64,000 bases of DNA. Origin: Promethearchaeota archaeon. Its GTDB lineage: Archaea; Asgardarchaeota; Lokiarchaeia; Sigyniarchaeales; SOKP01. Location of the stretch: NCBI GenBank assembly GCA_019058445.1, contig JAHPZA010000002.1, positions 1 to 64,000 of the forward strand, given 5' to 3'. Positions within the stretch are counted from its first letter, which is position 1, and every line of letters starts with the position of its first letter. A program made the translations under genes and the position numbers. Below, one piece after another: positions 50,390 to 60,076 of the stretch. A model generated the notes under the pieces. It worked only from the letters and a program-made list of their open reading frames with translations, did not search any database and had not been told where the DNA came from.

Positions 50390-51790
50390 ATGAATGAAAA
50401 TGTAAATGAACATCATCTTACCAAAAAAACTAAAATAGGATATAGTTTTGGGTATTTAGGAATTGTGCTTGCCAATTGGACGTTTGCGACGTATATTTTC
50501 TTCTTTTACGCTTCTGTGGTTGGTCTAGATCCTATATGGATTGGTGTTGCTCTTGGAATCCTCGGGATTTGGGATATGGTAAATGATCCAATTATGGGAC
50601 ATATCTCAGATAAAACGAAAACGAAGTGGGGAAGAAGACGACCATATTTAATATTTGGAACTGTACCTCTTGTAATATCGTTTATCCTTCTATGGTGGAA
50701 TCCCTTTAGTGATTGGTTTATGATCTTTCTGTATTTTTTAATTATCATGCTAGTTTTTGAATGGATGTTTACCATGGTTAGTCTTTCTCATAGCGCGTTA
50801 TATCCGGAATTGACGTCTGATATAGATGAACGCTTGGAAATTGCAGGTTATTTAGAATTTTTTGACCTGATAGCATTAATACTAGGGTATGTTCTTTCCC
50901 TAATTATAGTAGGAATCTTTCTAGGAATTGGTTTTACCCCTGCAATGGCATGGCTAATGATGTCTGTAATCCTAGGAATTTTTATGGCTATTTCAGTTTT
51001 TATTGCATCAGCTTCAACAAAAGAGCAGGAAATCTTCTATAAAGCAGAAACCTTGCCATTTTTCAAGGCATTAAAAATAACATGGAAAAATAAAGCCTTT
51101 CGAGTAGTTGTATTGGCATGGTTATGCATTTCAATAGCCTATGTCATAATTTCAGCTACGGCTATTTTCTTTACAATTTATATCTTAAGAATGAGTGAGT
51201 TAGAGACTGCTTTATCTTTACTTTCTATTTTCCTTACAGCTATTCCTTGCCTACTGTTATGGTATAAATTAAGTCAGAAATATGGAACGGTAAAAGCAAC
51301 CATGGCAGCTATGTTTATTTTTGGATTTTCTTTGTTCCTTTTATTCTTTGTAATTAATTTAATAATGTTTGTTATAGCAATCGCGATTATAGGAATAGGC
51401 ATCGCGGGAGTGATACTATTACCCCAAACGTTATATGCAGATGTCATAGATGAGGATGAGACGATAACAGGAGTTCGTAGGGAAGGCATGTTTTCGGGAA
51501 TTCGAGCGTTTATTGTGAAAGCCTCCGTGTCTTTCTCGTATGTAACGATGGCAATTGTTCTTCAAGTATCTGGATTTCAATCGGGAGCTAGGACACAAAC
51601 AGAATCGGCTCTTATGGGAATTCGGGTGCTTATCAGCATTGTTCCAGCAGCGTTCTTATTTATTGGAATCCTCATCTACACTCAATATCCGCTGAAAGGA
51701 GATCGCTTAAGAAAGGTAAAGGAAGAAGTACTTCGGATGCACGAAGAGAAAAAAAAAGCGTTTGAACAACAAAAAAAGTTAGGAGTTTAA
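50390..51790 (+). CDS. MFS transporter, glycoside-pentoside-hexuronide (MelB/GPH) family
   Basis: WD.VNDP.MG.ISD.T.TKWGRRRPY, ALYPELT.D..ER, ADVIDEDE..TG.RREG.F, YPL. Confidence 0.9.
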   Translation: MNENVNEHHLTKKTKIGYSFGYLGIVLANWTFATYIFFFYASVVGLDPIWIGVALGILGIWDMVNDPIMGHISDKTKTKWGRRRPYLIFGTVPLVISFILLWWNPFSDWFMIFLYFLIIMLVFEWMFTMVSLSHSALYPELTSDIDERLEIAGYLEFFDLIALILGYVLSLIIVGIFLGIGFTPAMAWLMMSVILGIFMAISVFIASASTKEQEIFYKAETLPFFKALKITWKNKAFRVVVLAWLCISIAYVIISATAIFFTIYILRMSELETALSLLSIFLTAIPCLLLWYKLSQKYGTVKATMAAMFIFGFSLFLLFFVINLIMFVIAIAIIGIGIAGVILLPQTLYADVIDEDETITGVRREGMFSGIRAFIVKASVSFSYVTMAIVLQVSGFQSGARTQTESALMGIRVLISIVPAAFLFIGILIYTQYPLKGDRLRKVKEEVLRMHEEKKKAFEQQKKLGV

Positions 51791-51811
51791 ATTTTTGATT
51801 TTTTGATTTTT

Positions 51812-51939
51812 TTACTTAATTATTGATACACCCTTAACAAGACTAGCAGCTATGAATGCTCTATGAGAGTAGCTTTAGAATGAGAAGCATTAATTTCACC
51901 GTTTAAACTTTTTGCGGGAGTAATTTTAATTGAAGCCAT
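51812..51939 (-). pseudogene. aroA: Frameshifted remnant of the first ~42 codons of aroA
   Basis: Reads MASIKITPAKSLNGEINASHSK-(1-nt deletion)-SYSHRAFIAASLVKGVSIIK* versus aroA MNTIKITPSKTLNGEIKASPSKSYSHRAFIAASLAEGVSIIKN; promoter-side similarity continues to ~51990. Confidence 0.9.
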
Positions 51940-52037
51940 TACGTAAGTAATAGATACATTAAGATTTAATATGAATTAAAGATTTTTATTTACAGAGCAT
52001 AACATTATTATTAAAAATCTTAAAGAGTAATCCTTAA

Positions 52038-53798
52038 ATGGTAAATGGGATAAAAAAAATGCGAAAGCGTTCACTTTTATTATTAATGCCTATTTTATTA
52101 TTAGGCTCATTTTTATCGCTTTTAGCAATTTCCCGAAGCCAGAGTTATTTATATTATGAACGAATTGAATTTAACTATGATGGTACAACATACCACGCTA
52201 ATTTATACCATCCTACTAAAAAGATTGATTTTCAGGATAAACACCCGCTAGTTATTCATATTCATGGATTTAGTAGTCAGAAAGATACGGATTTTCGTGG
52301 TCCTTTAGAACTTACCAAGAGGGGATTCTATGTCGCATCTGTTGATATGCCAGGTCATGGAGAAAGTGCGAATTCACACTTATTAAATACTGATGAAAAT
52401 GGTGAATTAGTAACGACTCAACTGTGTTCAAAATTACTGGATAAGATTGAAAAGTTACGCATTTATTCAAAAATTGATGAAGACCAAATAGGTTTATTAG
52501 GGGAATCTTTTGGGGGTTATGTTGCCCTTATGAATGGTCTTTATGATGATCGATTTAAAGTTACGATAACATGGTCGGCAGTTACGGATGTATTGAAAAT
52601 ATTTAAATTATATGAGGCACCAGGTTACGAGTTTGATAAAGATGATAAAGAATTACTAAAAGAAAATAATCCTGTAGATGTTATGAACAACGGTTCAAAA
52701 CAACCGGATAATTTGTTTTTGATTGTCCATAAAAAAGATTACTTTTATAAATATAATAAAGAGTTACAAAATCTAACTGATTGTAAATGGGAAGTGTTTG
52801 ATTATCCTGTTAGTAGTGTGAGTGAAGCACACGCTATTCTACATAAAAATCTCGTAATTAAAACTATAAATTGGTTTGAAAACAAATTTTTCGATTCAAC
52901 ATCTAAGAACGGCCCAATTCAGCTCTCATATGAATATAATTTCTATCTAATCATTTTGACATTACTAGCAAGTTTGTTAACGATATTTTCGCTAATGATT
53001 TATTTCTCAAAATATCTTCTAAAAAACGAGCTGATTAATATTCAAGCCCCACCCAAAAAGAGTATTGCGACAGAATCCAAAACACCAGAAAGTTCATACA
53101 GTTTAGATAAGAAAAAGAACATCATAATTTTTTCTCTATCAATTCCAATTTTTCTAAGTATATGGATTTTAAGCACTTTATTCTTCGGATGGTGGGCTTC
53201 ATGGTTTCTCTATGCTCCCGCCATTATAATCTTAGTTTATTTTTTAGTTTTTAGAAAAATTTTACATAAAAAGGATCAAGACCAAGAGAAAAAATTTAGC
53301 CTTAAAGATTTTTTTAAATCAGAAATCTCAATAAGATCAATAGCATATGGTGCTTTTTGTTCTGCGCTATTCCTAGGATTTTATTTTGCCTTTGCGTTAT
53401 TTCAACCTTTTTTGTTGTTTTATCCTCACAACATTCTTGCTGTTATTCTATCGTTATGGTTTGTTCCGGTTTATTTATCAACGGAGATATTTTACAGAAA
53501 AATATTATATCCCTCATCATCATTCATAAAATCTAAAAAAACGCGGACCTGTATTATCAGTCTTATTACAATATTTATTCAATTGTTTCTGATGGTTTAT
53601 TATATAATGCTGTTTTTACCATTTAACATTTCCTTTGTTATTACTGTAGCATTTATGTTCTCATCACTAATGAATGGAATTATATATCATAAAACGGAAA
53701 AAATAGGGGCAACACTGTTAAATACTATTATTATTGTGAGTATCTTTGTTGGAGCTTCAGTGTCTTTCTTATTAAACATGTATTCGATGTTTTCTTAA
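52038..53798 (+). CDS. Membrane-anchored alpha/beta hydrolase (copy 2), close paralog of 48449-50209
   Basis: Same length (586 aa), long identical blocks; nucleophile elbow GESFGG. Confidence 0.85.
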   Translation: MVNGIKKMRKRSLLLLMPILLLGSFLSLLAISRSQSYLYYERIEFNYDGTTYHANLYHPTKKIDFQDKHPLVIHIHGFSSQKDTDFRGPLELTKRGFYVASVDMPGHGESANSHLLNTDENGELVTTQLCSKLLDKIEKLRIYSKIDEDQIGLLGESFGGYVALMNGLYDDRFKVTITWSAVTDVLKIFKLYEAPGYEFDKDDKELLKENNPVDVMNNGSKQPDNLFLIVHKKDYFYKYNKELQNLTDCKWEVFDYPVSSVSEAHAILHKNLVIKTINWFENKFFDSTSKNGPIQLSYEYNFYLIILTLLASLLTIFSLMIYFSKYLLKNELINIQAPPKKSIATESKTPESSYSLDKKKNIIIFSLSIPIFLSIWILSTLFFGWWASWFLYAPAIIILVYFLVFRKILHKKDQDQEKKFSLKDFFKSEISIRSIAYGAFCSALFLGFYFAFALFQPFLLFYPHNILAVILSLWFVPVYLSTEIFYRKILYPSSSFIKSKKTRTCIISLITIFIQLFLMVYYIMLFLPFNISFVITVAFMFSSLMNGIIYHKTEKIGATLLNTIIIVSIFVGASVSFLLNMYSMFS

Positions 53799-54110
53799 AG
53801 GATATAAGAATACTTATAAGAAATTAAGAACCAATAGTCTGTAATTATTTTTTTTATTCTAAAAATATTTTTTTAACTAATAGAAAATATCATTGTAATA
53901 AATATTAAAAATCTTTATTCAAGTTTATTTTTAGCAGTCTTTAGAGTTCCTAGAAGCCGGATTGTTTTATTAAAATTCTAATTACTCGCTCAATTTAAAT
54001 ACTACTTTATTTATCTAAAATTAAAAGAATTACTTATTGTAAAATAAAGGTGGTTAAAGAAAGAATTAATTTATATCAAAATGAATCAGCATTGGAACTC
54101 TATTTTTATC

Positions 54111-54301
54111 CTCAGAGGACTTCCCTCATTTGTGAATATTTACTCCCATATCGGGGGACATACAGCGAAAGCCCATCTGGCATAGTACCGGGATGATGAC
54201 CTTTCGGAATATGAAGTAGTCCGAAATGCCTTTCGGCTATCGGATAGGGGCTACCGGTTTTAGCCCTCATGAATAAGACGGCACCGACCGTAACCTTCAT
54301 G
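54111..54301. ncRNA. Putative structured non-coding RNA of unknown family
   Basis: 93/190 G+C (54111-54300) between very AT-rich flanks; several helices (TCCGA/TCGGA with inner GCC/GGC, GGGCTA/TAGCCC, ACGG/CCGT, ATGAAG/CTTCAT); TATA-like boxes on both sides. Confidence 0.65.
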
Positions 54302-54450
54302 TAAAAATTTTTTAGTAAAATTAGTTAATATTATTTAATAATTTTAATAAAAAAGATAACCTAATCAATTAAAATGGTTTAAATATAATTATATAAATTA
54401 AGAGTAAGTAAAATAGCAATTTCCATATAAAATTAAAAGCTGAAAATATT

Positions 54451-55560
54451 TTGGGAGAAAATACTTTTGGGACGAGATTTAAGATAACCTCGTTCGGAGA
54501 GAGCCACGGAAAAGTCATAGGAGTTGTTGTGGATGGTGTTCCAGCAGGATTGGAGTTTGATTTAGAGTATATTCAGATTGAATTAAATAAACGCAGACCA
54601 GGTCAATCTCATTTAACAACTTCTCGCTCTGAATCTGATAAAGCTAAGGTTTTATCCGGAATCTTCAATGGGAAAACTACCGGAGCACCTATTTGCTTAA
54701 TTGTTGAAAATAAGGATGTAGACTCGTCAAAGTATGAAAAATTCAAAAATTTTTTACGACCATCTCAAATAGATTATTCTGCCCTGACTAAATATGGTGG
54801 ATTTGCAGATTATAAAGGATCAGGTCGATTTTCAGGTCGAGTTACGGCAGGATTTGTGATGGCTGGAGCAATTGCTAAGCAAATTTTATCGGAATATGAT
54901 ATTGGCATATTTGCATATACGAAAAGTATTGGCAACATTATTGATACTGAAGATTATCATGTTGATGACATTCAAAAGATTACAGATTTACGAGAAAAAT
55001 CTCCTGTAAGAGCTTTAAATTCGAAACAATCTAAATTGATGGAGCAAATAATAGAAGAAGTAAAAAATCAAAAAGATTCCATTGGAGGAATTATTAAATG
55101 TATTGTGAATAATTTTCCTGAAGGAATTGGGGGACCAATATTTAATAGTCTTGAATCAAATATAAGTAAAGCGATATTTTCTATCCCAGCAATAAAAGGT
55201 ATAGAATTTGGAGCAGGATTCCGAGCGGCTACAATGAAGGGCTCTGAACATAATGATCCATGGATCATTAGAGATGGAAAAATCCAAACAACTCAAAATA
55301 ATTCAGGAGGCATAATAGGGGGTATTTCTACGGGTATGCCTATTGAATTTAAAGTAGCAGTAAAGCCAACAGCGACAATTGGAATTCCTCAAAAAACAGT
55401 AAACATTAAAACTATGGAAAACACTGAAATAGAGATTACCGGAAGACATGATCCATGTATTGTTCCGAGAGCGATTGTAGTCATAGAAGCCATGACGGCT
55501 ATTGTTTTGCTAGATTTCTTATTAATTGAAGGAATAGTCCCATCAGTACTAAAATCTTAA
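54451..55560 (+). CDS. aroC: Chorismate synthase
   Basis: FGESHG, RRPGQS..TT.R.E.D, TTGAPI, GRFSGR.TA, DSIGG, SIPAIKGIEFG.GF, GSEHND, N.SGGI.GGIS.G, KPT.TI, GRHDPC. Confidence 0.95.
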   Translation: MGENTFGTRFKITSFGESHGKVIGVVVDGVPAGLEFDLEYIQIELNKRRPGQSHLTTSRSESDKAKVLSGIFNGKTTGAPICLIVENKDVDSSKYEKFKNFLRPSQIDYSALTKYGGFADYKGSGRFSGRVTAGFVMAGAIAKQILSEYDIGIFAYTKSIGNIIDTEDYHVDDIQKITDLREKSPVRALNSKQSKLMEQIIEEVKNQKDSIGGIIKCIVNNFPEGIGGPIFNSLESNISKAIFSIPAIKGIEFGAGFRAATMKGSEHNDPWIIRDGKIQTTQNNSGGIIGGISTGMPIEFKVAVKPTATIGIPQKTVNIKTMENTEIEITGRHDPCIVPRAIVVIEAMTAIVLLDFLLIEGIVPSVLKS

Positions 55561-55590
55561 ACCAGAATAACTCACAGAGAAAGAATGAGA

Positions 55591-56841
55591 TTAATCCGTT
55601 AATTTTCTTATTTTTTCTTGAATTCTCTTTAATTCTCTCTTTAATTGTCTTTCTCTAGATCTAAGCTGTTTTTTTATTTTTGGCTTTATTTCTGATTCTG
55701 GGAGGGAGAGAATGGAAGGAGTCTTTTGTTTTGTATTATAACCGAGTTCTTGAAAAATAACCTTAATTTCAGGATTTAAAAATTCAGAAATGTTAACAAC
55801 ACGTTTTTCTTTAATAGATTTTTCAGCTGCGAAGGCGGGAACACTTGCTTCTCTTCCGATTGATAAATTGGCATATGGGTGTTTTCTCGTTTTAATACAT
55901 TCAAGAAAACTCCTTCGTTCTGCTTGAACTCCAATGTGAACAAGTCCTTCGTTATCTGAATAATAATCCACATCCACTTCTTCTAATTTATTACCTTCGG
56001 AAATAAGTAGTTTTTCATCATTCTTAGCTAATGCCCATATCCCATTATCACCAATTACTCCAATTTCGAGTCCTTCAATTGGTTGGATTTCATACATGCA
56101 TAATCCTAAATTTGCTTTTGCTCCATTTTCATATTCAATCAACACATTTGCATGATCAAGAATACTAGGATTTTTAAGTACTAATCCCTGGTACCTCGAG
56201 TATGAACACTGGATTCCATGACCTGGTTTAACTACATGTTGTCCGCCCATTGCAAACACTCGCTCGGGAGGTGATTGAATAAACCAATTAAAAAGATCAA
56301 AATGATGACAATTTTTATCTAAAAGAGCCCCTCCTGACTTCTTTTCATCAAAAAACCATGGACTTGGAAAATTTTCTCTATATTCTTTACAGTATGTCAT
56401 CATCACCTTTCCAAATGTCCCTTTTTCGATTAATAGCGCTAAAGTCCGACACAGATTAGAATACCGATACTCCAACCCAATCTGAATAATTCTATCTGTT
56501 TTTGCATACTCTTTAATTATATTATCAGTCGCTTCAATAGTCGGAGCAATGGGTTTTTCCAGAAAAATATCTTTATTAGCTCTTAAGGCATCAATTGTTA
56601 TTTGAGTATGGAAGTTACTTGGTGTAGCAATTACAATGGCATCTATATCCGACATTTTCAATAAATCCTTATAATCTTTAAGAAAAGCCGGACTACTTCC
56701 ATGGATAGATGATTGACTCATTTTAAGTTGTCTTTCGTTTGGATCAGCAACAGCTAAAATTTGGCTCTCAGATAATCTGTCAAAGCCCATACAATGATCC
56801 CATCCATGAATTCCAGCTCCAATTATTCCAATATTTATCAT
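55591..56841 (-). CDS. Gfo/Idh/MocA family oxidoreductase with C-terminal coiled-coil tail
   Basis: GIIGAG, D.DAIVIATP..FH, LEKP, SGGALLDKNCHHFD. Confidence 0.88.
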   Translation of the reverse strand: MINIGIIGAGIHGWDHCMGFDRLSESQILAVADPNERQLKMSQSSIHGSSPAFLKDYKDLLKMSDIDAIVIATPSNFHTQITIDALRANKDIFLEKPIAPTIEATDNIIKEYAKTDRIIQIGLEYRYSNLCRTLALLIEKGTFGKVMMTYCKEYRENFPSPWFFDEKKSGGALLDKNCHHFDLFNWFIQSPPERVFAMGGQHVVKPGHGIQCSYSRYQGLVLKNPSILDHANVLIEYENGAKANLGLCMYEIQPIEGLEIGVIGDNGIWALAKNDEKLLISEGNKLEEVDVDYYSDNEGLVHIGVQAERRSFLECIKTRKHPYANLSIGREASVPAFAAEKSIKEKRVVNISEFLNPEIKVIFQELGYNTKQKTPSILSLPESEIKPKIKKQLRSRERQLKRELKRIQEKIRKLTD

Positions 56842-57004
56842 AATATCCGCCTATATTGATCTTGAATTAATTTAATTAGTTCAAACTTAAAGACTTTTTT
56901 TTAATTATTTGGTTAATCAAATCATTTCGTTTTGAATAATTTTATTATGTGGGAGTATCTTTAATAAATTATATTTTAAAATTAAAGTTGGGATATAATA
57001 TATC

Positions 57005-57238
57005 ATGAGTAAAAAAATCGACACGTCCGAGCAGTTCATTGAGTTTTACAAGAAAAAAGGGGATTATCTTATCACTCTCGTAGATAATCATTATATGAAT
57101 AAAGAATATAAGAAATGTCTTGAATTATTAAATCAAGCATACGCCATGTACCAGAAAGGGAATTGTTCGGAAGATATGGCAACTACGAAGAAAAGATTTG
57201 ATGAAATAAAAACAACCCATTTTAAAAAAAAAGATTAA
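57005..57238 (+). CDS. Small helical (TPR-like) hypothetical protein
   Basis: 77-aa ORF; KEYKKCLELLNQAYAMYQKG. Confidence 0.55.
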   Translation: MSKKIDTSEQFIEFYKKKGDYLITLVDNHYMNKEYKKCLELLNQAYAMYQKGNCSEDMATTKKRFDEIKTTHFKKKD

Positions 57239-57731
57239 CATTCCGTTGTTTTGATTTTAATCTCTCCATAATTTTTTCTATGTGGGTTCCTTTCCAATAT
57301 ACTTTTTTGCACTTTGTACATTGATAGAACTCTTCGAAATATTTAAACGTTTCAGGTTTTACTTCGTTTATTATTAGGTTCTTATCATTCACTTTTTCTA
57401 ATTCCGAATTGCACATGGAACATCGGGCTTTTTGCATATCAAAATTGAAGTTTAACTGTAATTTTTTTTTAAGTTGATCTAAATAATTATACACCCCTTC
57501 ACCTTCTAAGAATATGCTTCGATCTCTATTTTTTTTGTAAAAAGCATAATCTCTAGTAATAATAATACGATTATTTTCAATTGCATATTCTGCAAGTTTT
57601 TCATCTGGAACTGGGACAATACCAAATACACCTTCTAGATCGTCAGCATACACAGTATCATAACCAAATATGCGTAGGAAGCGAGTAAGTCTGCCATACA
57701 TCGCATCTGTTAAAAACTTAATCTCGTTCAT
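57222..57731 (-). CDS. Mut7-C (PIN-fold RNase) domain protein with Zn ribbon
   Basis: FLTDAMYGRL.RFLR.FGYDT, RIIITRD, RCSMCN..L, FYQC.KC.KVYW.GTH. Confidence 0.9.
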   Translation of the reverse strand: MNEIKFLTDAMYGRLTRFLRIFGYDTVYADDLEGVFGIVPVPDEKLAEYAIENNRIIITRDYAFYKKNRDRSIFLEGEGVYNYLDQLKKKLQLNFNFDMQKARCSMCNSELEKVNDKNLIINEVKPETFKYFEEFYQCTKCKKVYWKGTHIEKIMERLKSKQRNVNLFF

Positions 57732-57823
57732 CTCTATTAAATAAATATAAGGTTTAATATTTAAAATTCTAATTTGAGAATAAGTTCAAAAAATAAAATT
57801 TGTTTCTCAACTTATTATAGCGT

Positions 57824-58483
57824 TTAACTTTTTTTTTGAATTATTATAGCTCTACAAAAACTACTATCTAAGTTGTGTATTTTTATTGGTAATGCCATCA
57901 CGTAAAAACGGTCTTGAGTTATTTTATCTAGATTATCAACAATCTCAACAAAACAAACATCCTGACTCATTAATATATCATGGAATTCTCGAATTTCTTC
58001 CACATCCTTTCCGAGTCGGATATTGTCCAATACAAGAAGTTTTGGTTTGAATTTAACCATCCATCTTGCAGCTTCAGCGGTTAATTGTGGCAATTCACCT
58101 TTATCGCCAATATAAAGCTGTTGTTTAGTAAGTTTAATGCCAGTATCATTCCTGATAACAATAATATCACCATTTTTAATATTCTTTTCCAAGCTATCTT
58201 TACATGTTTTTTCTGTTATTAATTTATCCCTTACGGGAAATAAAATTCCTGGTCCATGAAAATGATTTAATGGGTAATCTGTGATTGTTTTTCCATCATC
58301 ATAGAAATGAGCCCCCACTTCCACATGAGTTCCCACATGAGAATGAGTTTTTAGAATATCATATCTAATTGTTCTATCTTGTAGTAATGCTTTCTGAATA
58401 GCAAATGGCCGGTCTGGATTTTCACCGGGTATTATGGTATAGGAAATATCAATAATATCAAATTCTTCTAAATTAAATGTCAT
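57824..58483 (-). CDS. Cyclase family metal-dependent hydrolase (kynurenine formamidase-like)
   Basis: IDIS, HVGTHVEVGAH (HxGTHxDxPxH variant), H..L, E...NL, ALPIK....DSS.CRA. Confidence 0.85.
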   Translation of the reverse strand: MTFNLEEFDIIDISYTIIPGENPDRPFAIQKALLQDRTIRYDILKTHSHVGTHVEVGAHFYDDGKTITDYPLNHFHGPGILFPVRDKLITEKTCKDSLEKNIKNGDIIVIRNDTGIKLTKQQLYIGDKGELPQLTAEAARWMVKFKPKLLVLDNIRLGKDVEEIREFHDILMSQDVCFVEIVDNLDKITQDRFYVMALPIKIHNLDSSFCRAIIIQKKS

Positions 58484-58597
58484 TTTAATCATTCTTGTTA
58501 ATTCTATTCATTTTAATATATTATATATTCATTTTTATTAAGTTTTTTTTTAAAATAAGAAAAAAAAAGATTTCATTTTTAATATGTGTTATTTCTT

Positions 58598-59863
58598 TTA
58601 CAAATTTTTCTCTAACCGAGTCTCACTTTTAACAAAAAACATTAGAATGAGGGCTATTGCATATATTAATGCGGTATTTAGGAGCATATAATACCAACTT
58701 GTTAAATCTGTGAATAAGCCTATTAATGCCGGACCAAAGGCGGCTGCTGCATAGTAGAACAAATAATATATCCCTGTATGAGTTCCAATCTCTTTTGATG
58801 AAGGTGCTTTTCCCCATATAATAACGATCATATTAATATTTATCATCGCCCAACCTATTGATAATAAGATAATAACGATAATCAACATCAATAAGGTTTG
58901 AATTAAGAATCCAAGTATCATACTACAAACAATTAAAATAAAGCCTAATTTTATAAATAAGAGTCTATTATATTTTTCGGCTAAAACAGAAAGGGGATAA
59001 GCAAATATTAAAAATGCAACACCTCCGTATAATGTAAGACTTCCTGCGGTTCCTCTTGATAAGCCATACACTTCCATAGCATAGGGGGTGAGAAGAGCTC
59101 TCACTCCTGACCAGGCAAGTGACGCACAAAATATCGCAAATAGAATGATAAGGGTGCTCTTATCTTTTTCTTTTCGAATACTTCTAAATGTGTCTCTAAA
59201 AGTTATTTTTTCCTTTTGTTGAGCATGTTCTAAACCAAGTTCTTCTTCTTTTAAGATGAGTTGATATGACTTAGCGTTTTTTTCCTTCACAGTAGCTAAT
59301 ATGATAAATAAACAAAGAATCGATATAATACCGGTGATTATAAACGCTAACTGTAAACTTACGTCTACAACAAGGAGGCTTATTAAAGCGGCAACAATGA
59401 TAGTTACACTTGTCATTATCTTTCCAAATGCGTTGGCTTTACTTCTATGCTCTTCTGGGATAAAATCAGGCAAAAGAGATTCAGAAGGAGCTTTGAATAG
59501 TAGCATTACTGTAACATAACCTAATATGAAGATCATAAGGGTGAGAAGAGATGTTTCAAAGGCTATTAATATAAAAAATATTGCAGCAAGAGGAATCCCC
59601 ACCATTATATAAGGTATTCTTCTCCCAAATCTGGTTCTGGTATTATCTGAGTGTTTACCGATAAGGGGTTCAACAAATAGCCCTAAAAGGTTATCTAATC
59701 CCATAATTAAACCAACAATGGCAACGCTAGTAATGTATTTTAATAGGCTTACAGGGACCTGACTGTCATAGAAATTCCACGTAATTTCTTGAGCAAAAAT
59801 CGCTATTGAGATAAAAAAGGCCATTTTTGCGGGAAATTTTTCTTTAGTTTTAGTTTCTGACAT
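58598..59863 (-). CDS. MFS transporter (sugar/oligosaccharide, GPH/SLC45-like)
   Basis: MGLDN...LF..P.IG..SD.TRTRFGRR.PY, L.PD..P...RSKAN; about 12 TM helices. Confidence 0.88.
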   Translation of the reverse strand: MSETKTKEKFPAKMAFFISIAIFAQEITWNFYDSQVPVSLLKYITSVAIVGLIMGLDNLLGLFVEPLIGKHSDNTRTRFGRRIPYIMVGIPLAAIFFILIAFETSLLTLMIFILGYVTVMLLFKAPSESLLPDFIPEEHRSKANAFGKIMTSVTIIVAALISLLVVDVSLQLAFIITGIISILCLFIILATVKEKNAKSYQLILKEEELGLEHAQQKEKITFRDTFRSIRKEKDKSTLIILFAIFCASLAWSGVRALLTPYAMEVYGLSRGTAGSLTLYGGVAFLIFAYPLSVLAEKYNRLLFIKLGFILIVCSMILGFLIQTLLMLIIVIILLSIGWAMININMIVIIWGKAPSSKEIGTHTGIYYLFYYAAAAFGPALIGLFTDLTSWYYMLLNTALIYAIALILMFFVKSETRLEKNL

Positions 59864-59909
59864 TTTAATCTTTACTCTTTATAGTTAATAAAATAAATTT
59901 TTTTTTTAA

Positions 59910-60044
59910 TAAAATTTAATCGAATATTAGATAGATTAATATTTATTAAGTTCAAAATATATTTAAATGTTTCATTAAAATTTAATCGAATATTAGATAC
60001 ATTAATATTTAATCGAATATTAGATACATTAAGTTCAAAAATAT
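59910..60044. promoter_or_regulatory. Triplicated near-palindromic operator-like repeat in the divergent MFS/atuA promoter
   Basis: TTTAATCGAATATTAGATA at 59915, 59981 and 60008; copies 1 and 2 match at 34/35 nt (59910-59944 vs 59976-60010); core ATCGAATATTAGAT is a palindrome with one mismatched pair. Confidence 0.7.
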
Positions 60045-60076
60045 CTGATCTTTAAAAAATAATAAAGTGTATTATA

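Noticed and set aside
54113-54270. RNase P/MRP-like GAGGGAAGUCC (minus strand) and group I intron R/S-like words (CUCAGAGGACU, GAAGUAGUCC on plus)
   Set aside because: Order and spacing are wrong, and the other conserved regions (CR-II to CR-V; P/Q and P7 GACUA) are missing; not enough to assign either family
54112-54300. 62-aa minus-strand ORF in the ORF track
   Set aside because: Atypical GC and amino-acid composition, no SD or motif; better explained as a by-product of a GC-rich structured element
59910-60044. Repeats considered as a mini CRISPR array
   Set aside because: Only three copies, irregular spacing (66 and 27 nt), copies 2-3 abut without a unique spacer, and no cas genes
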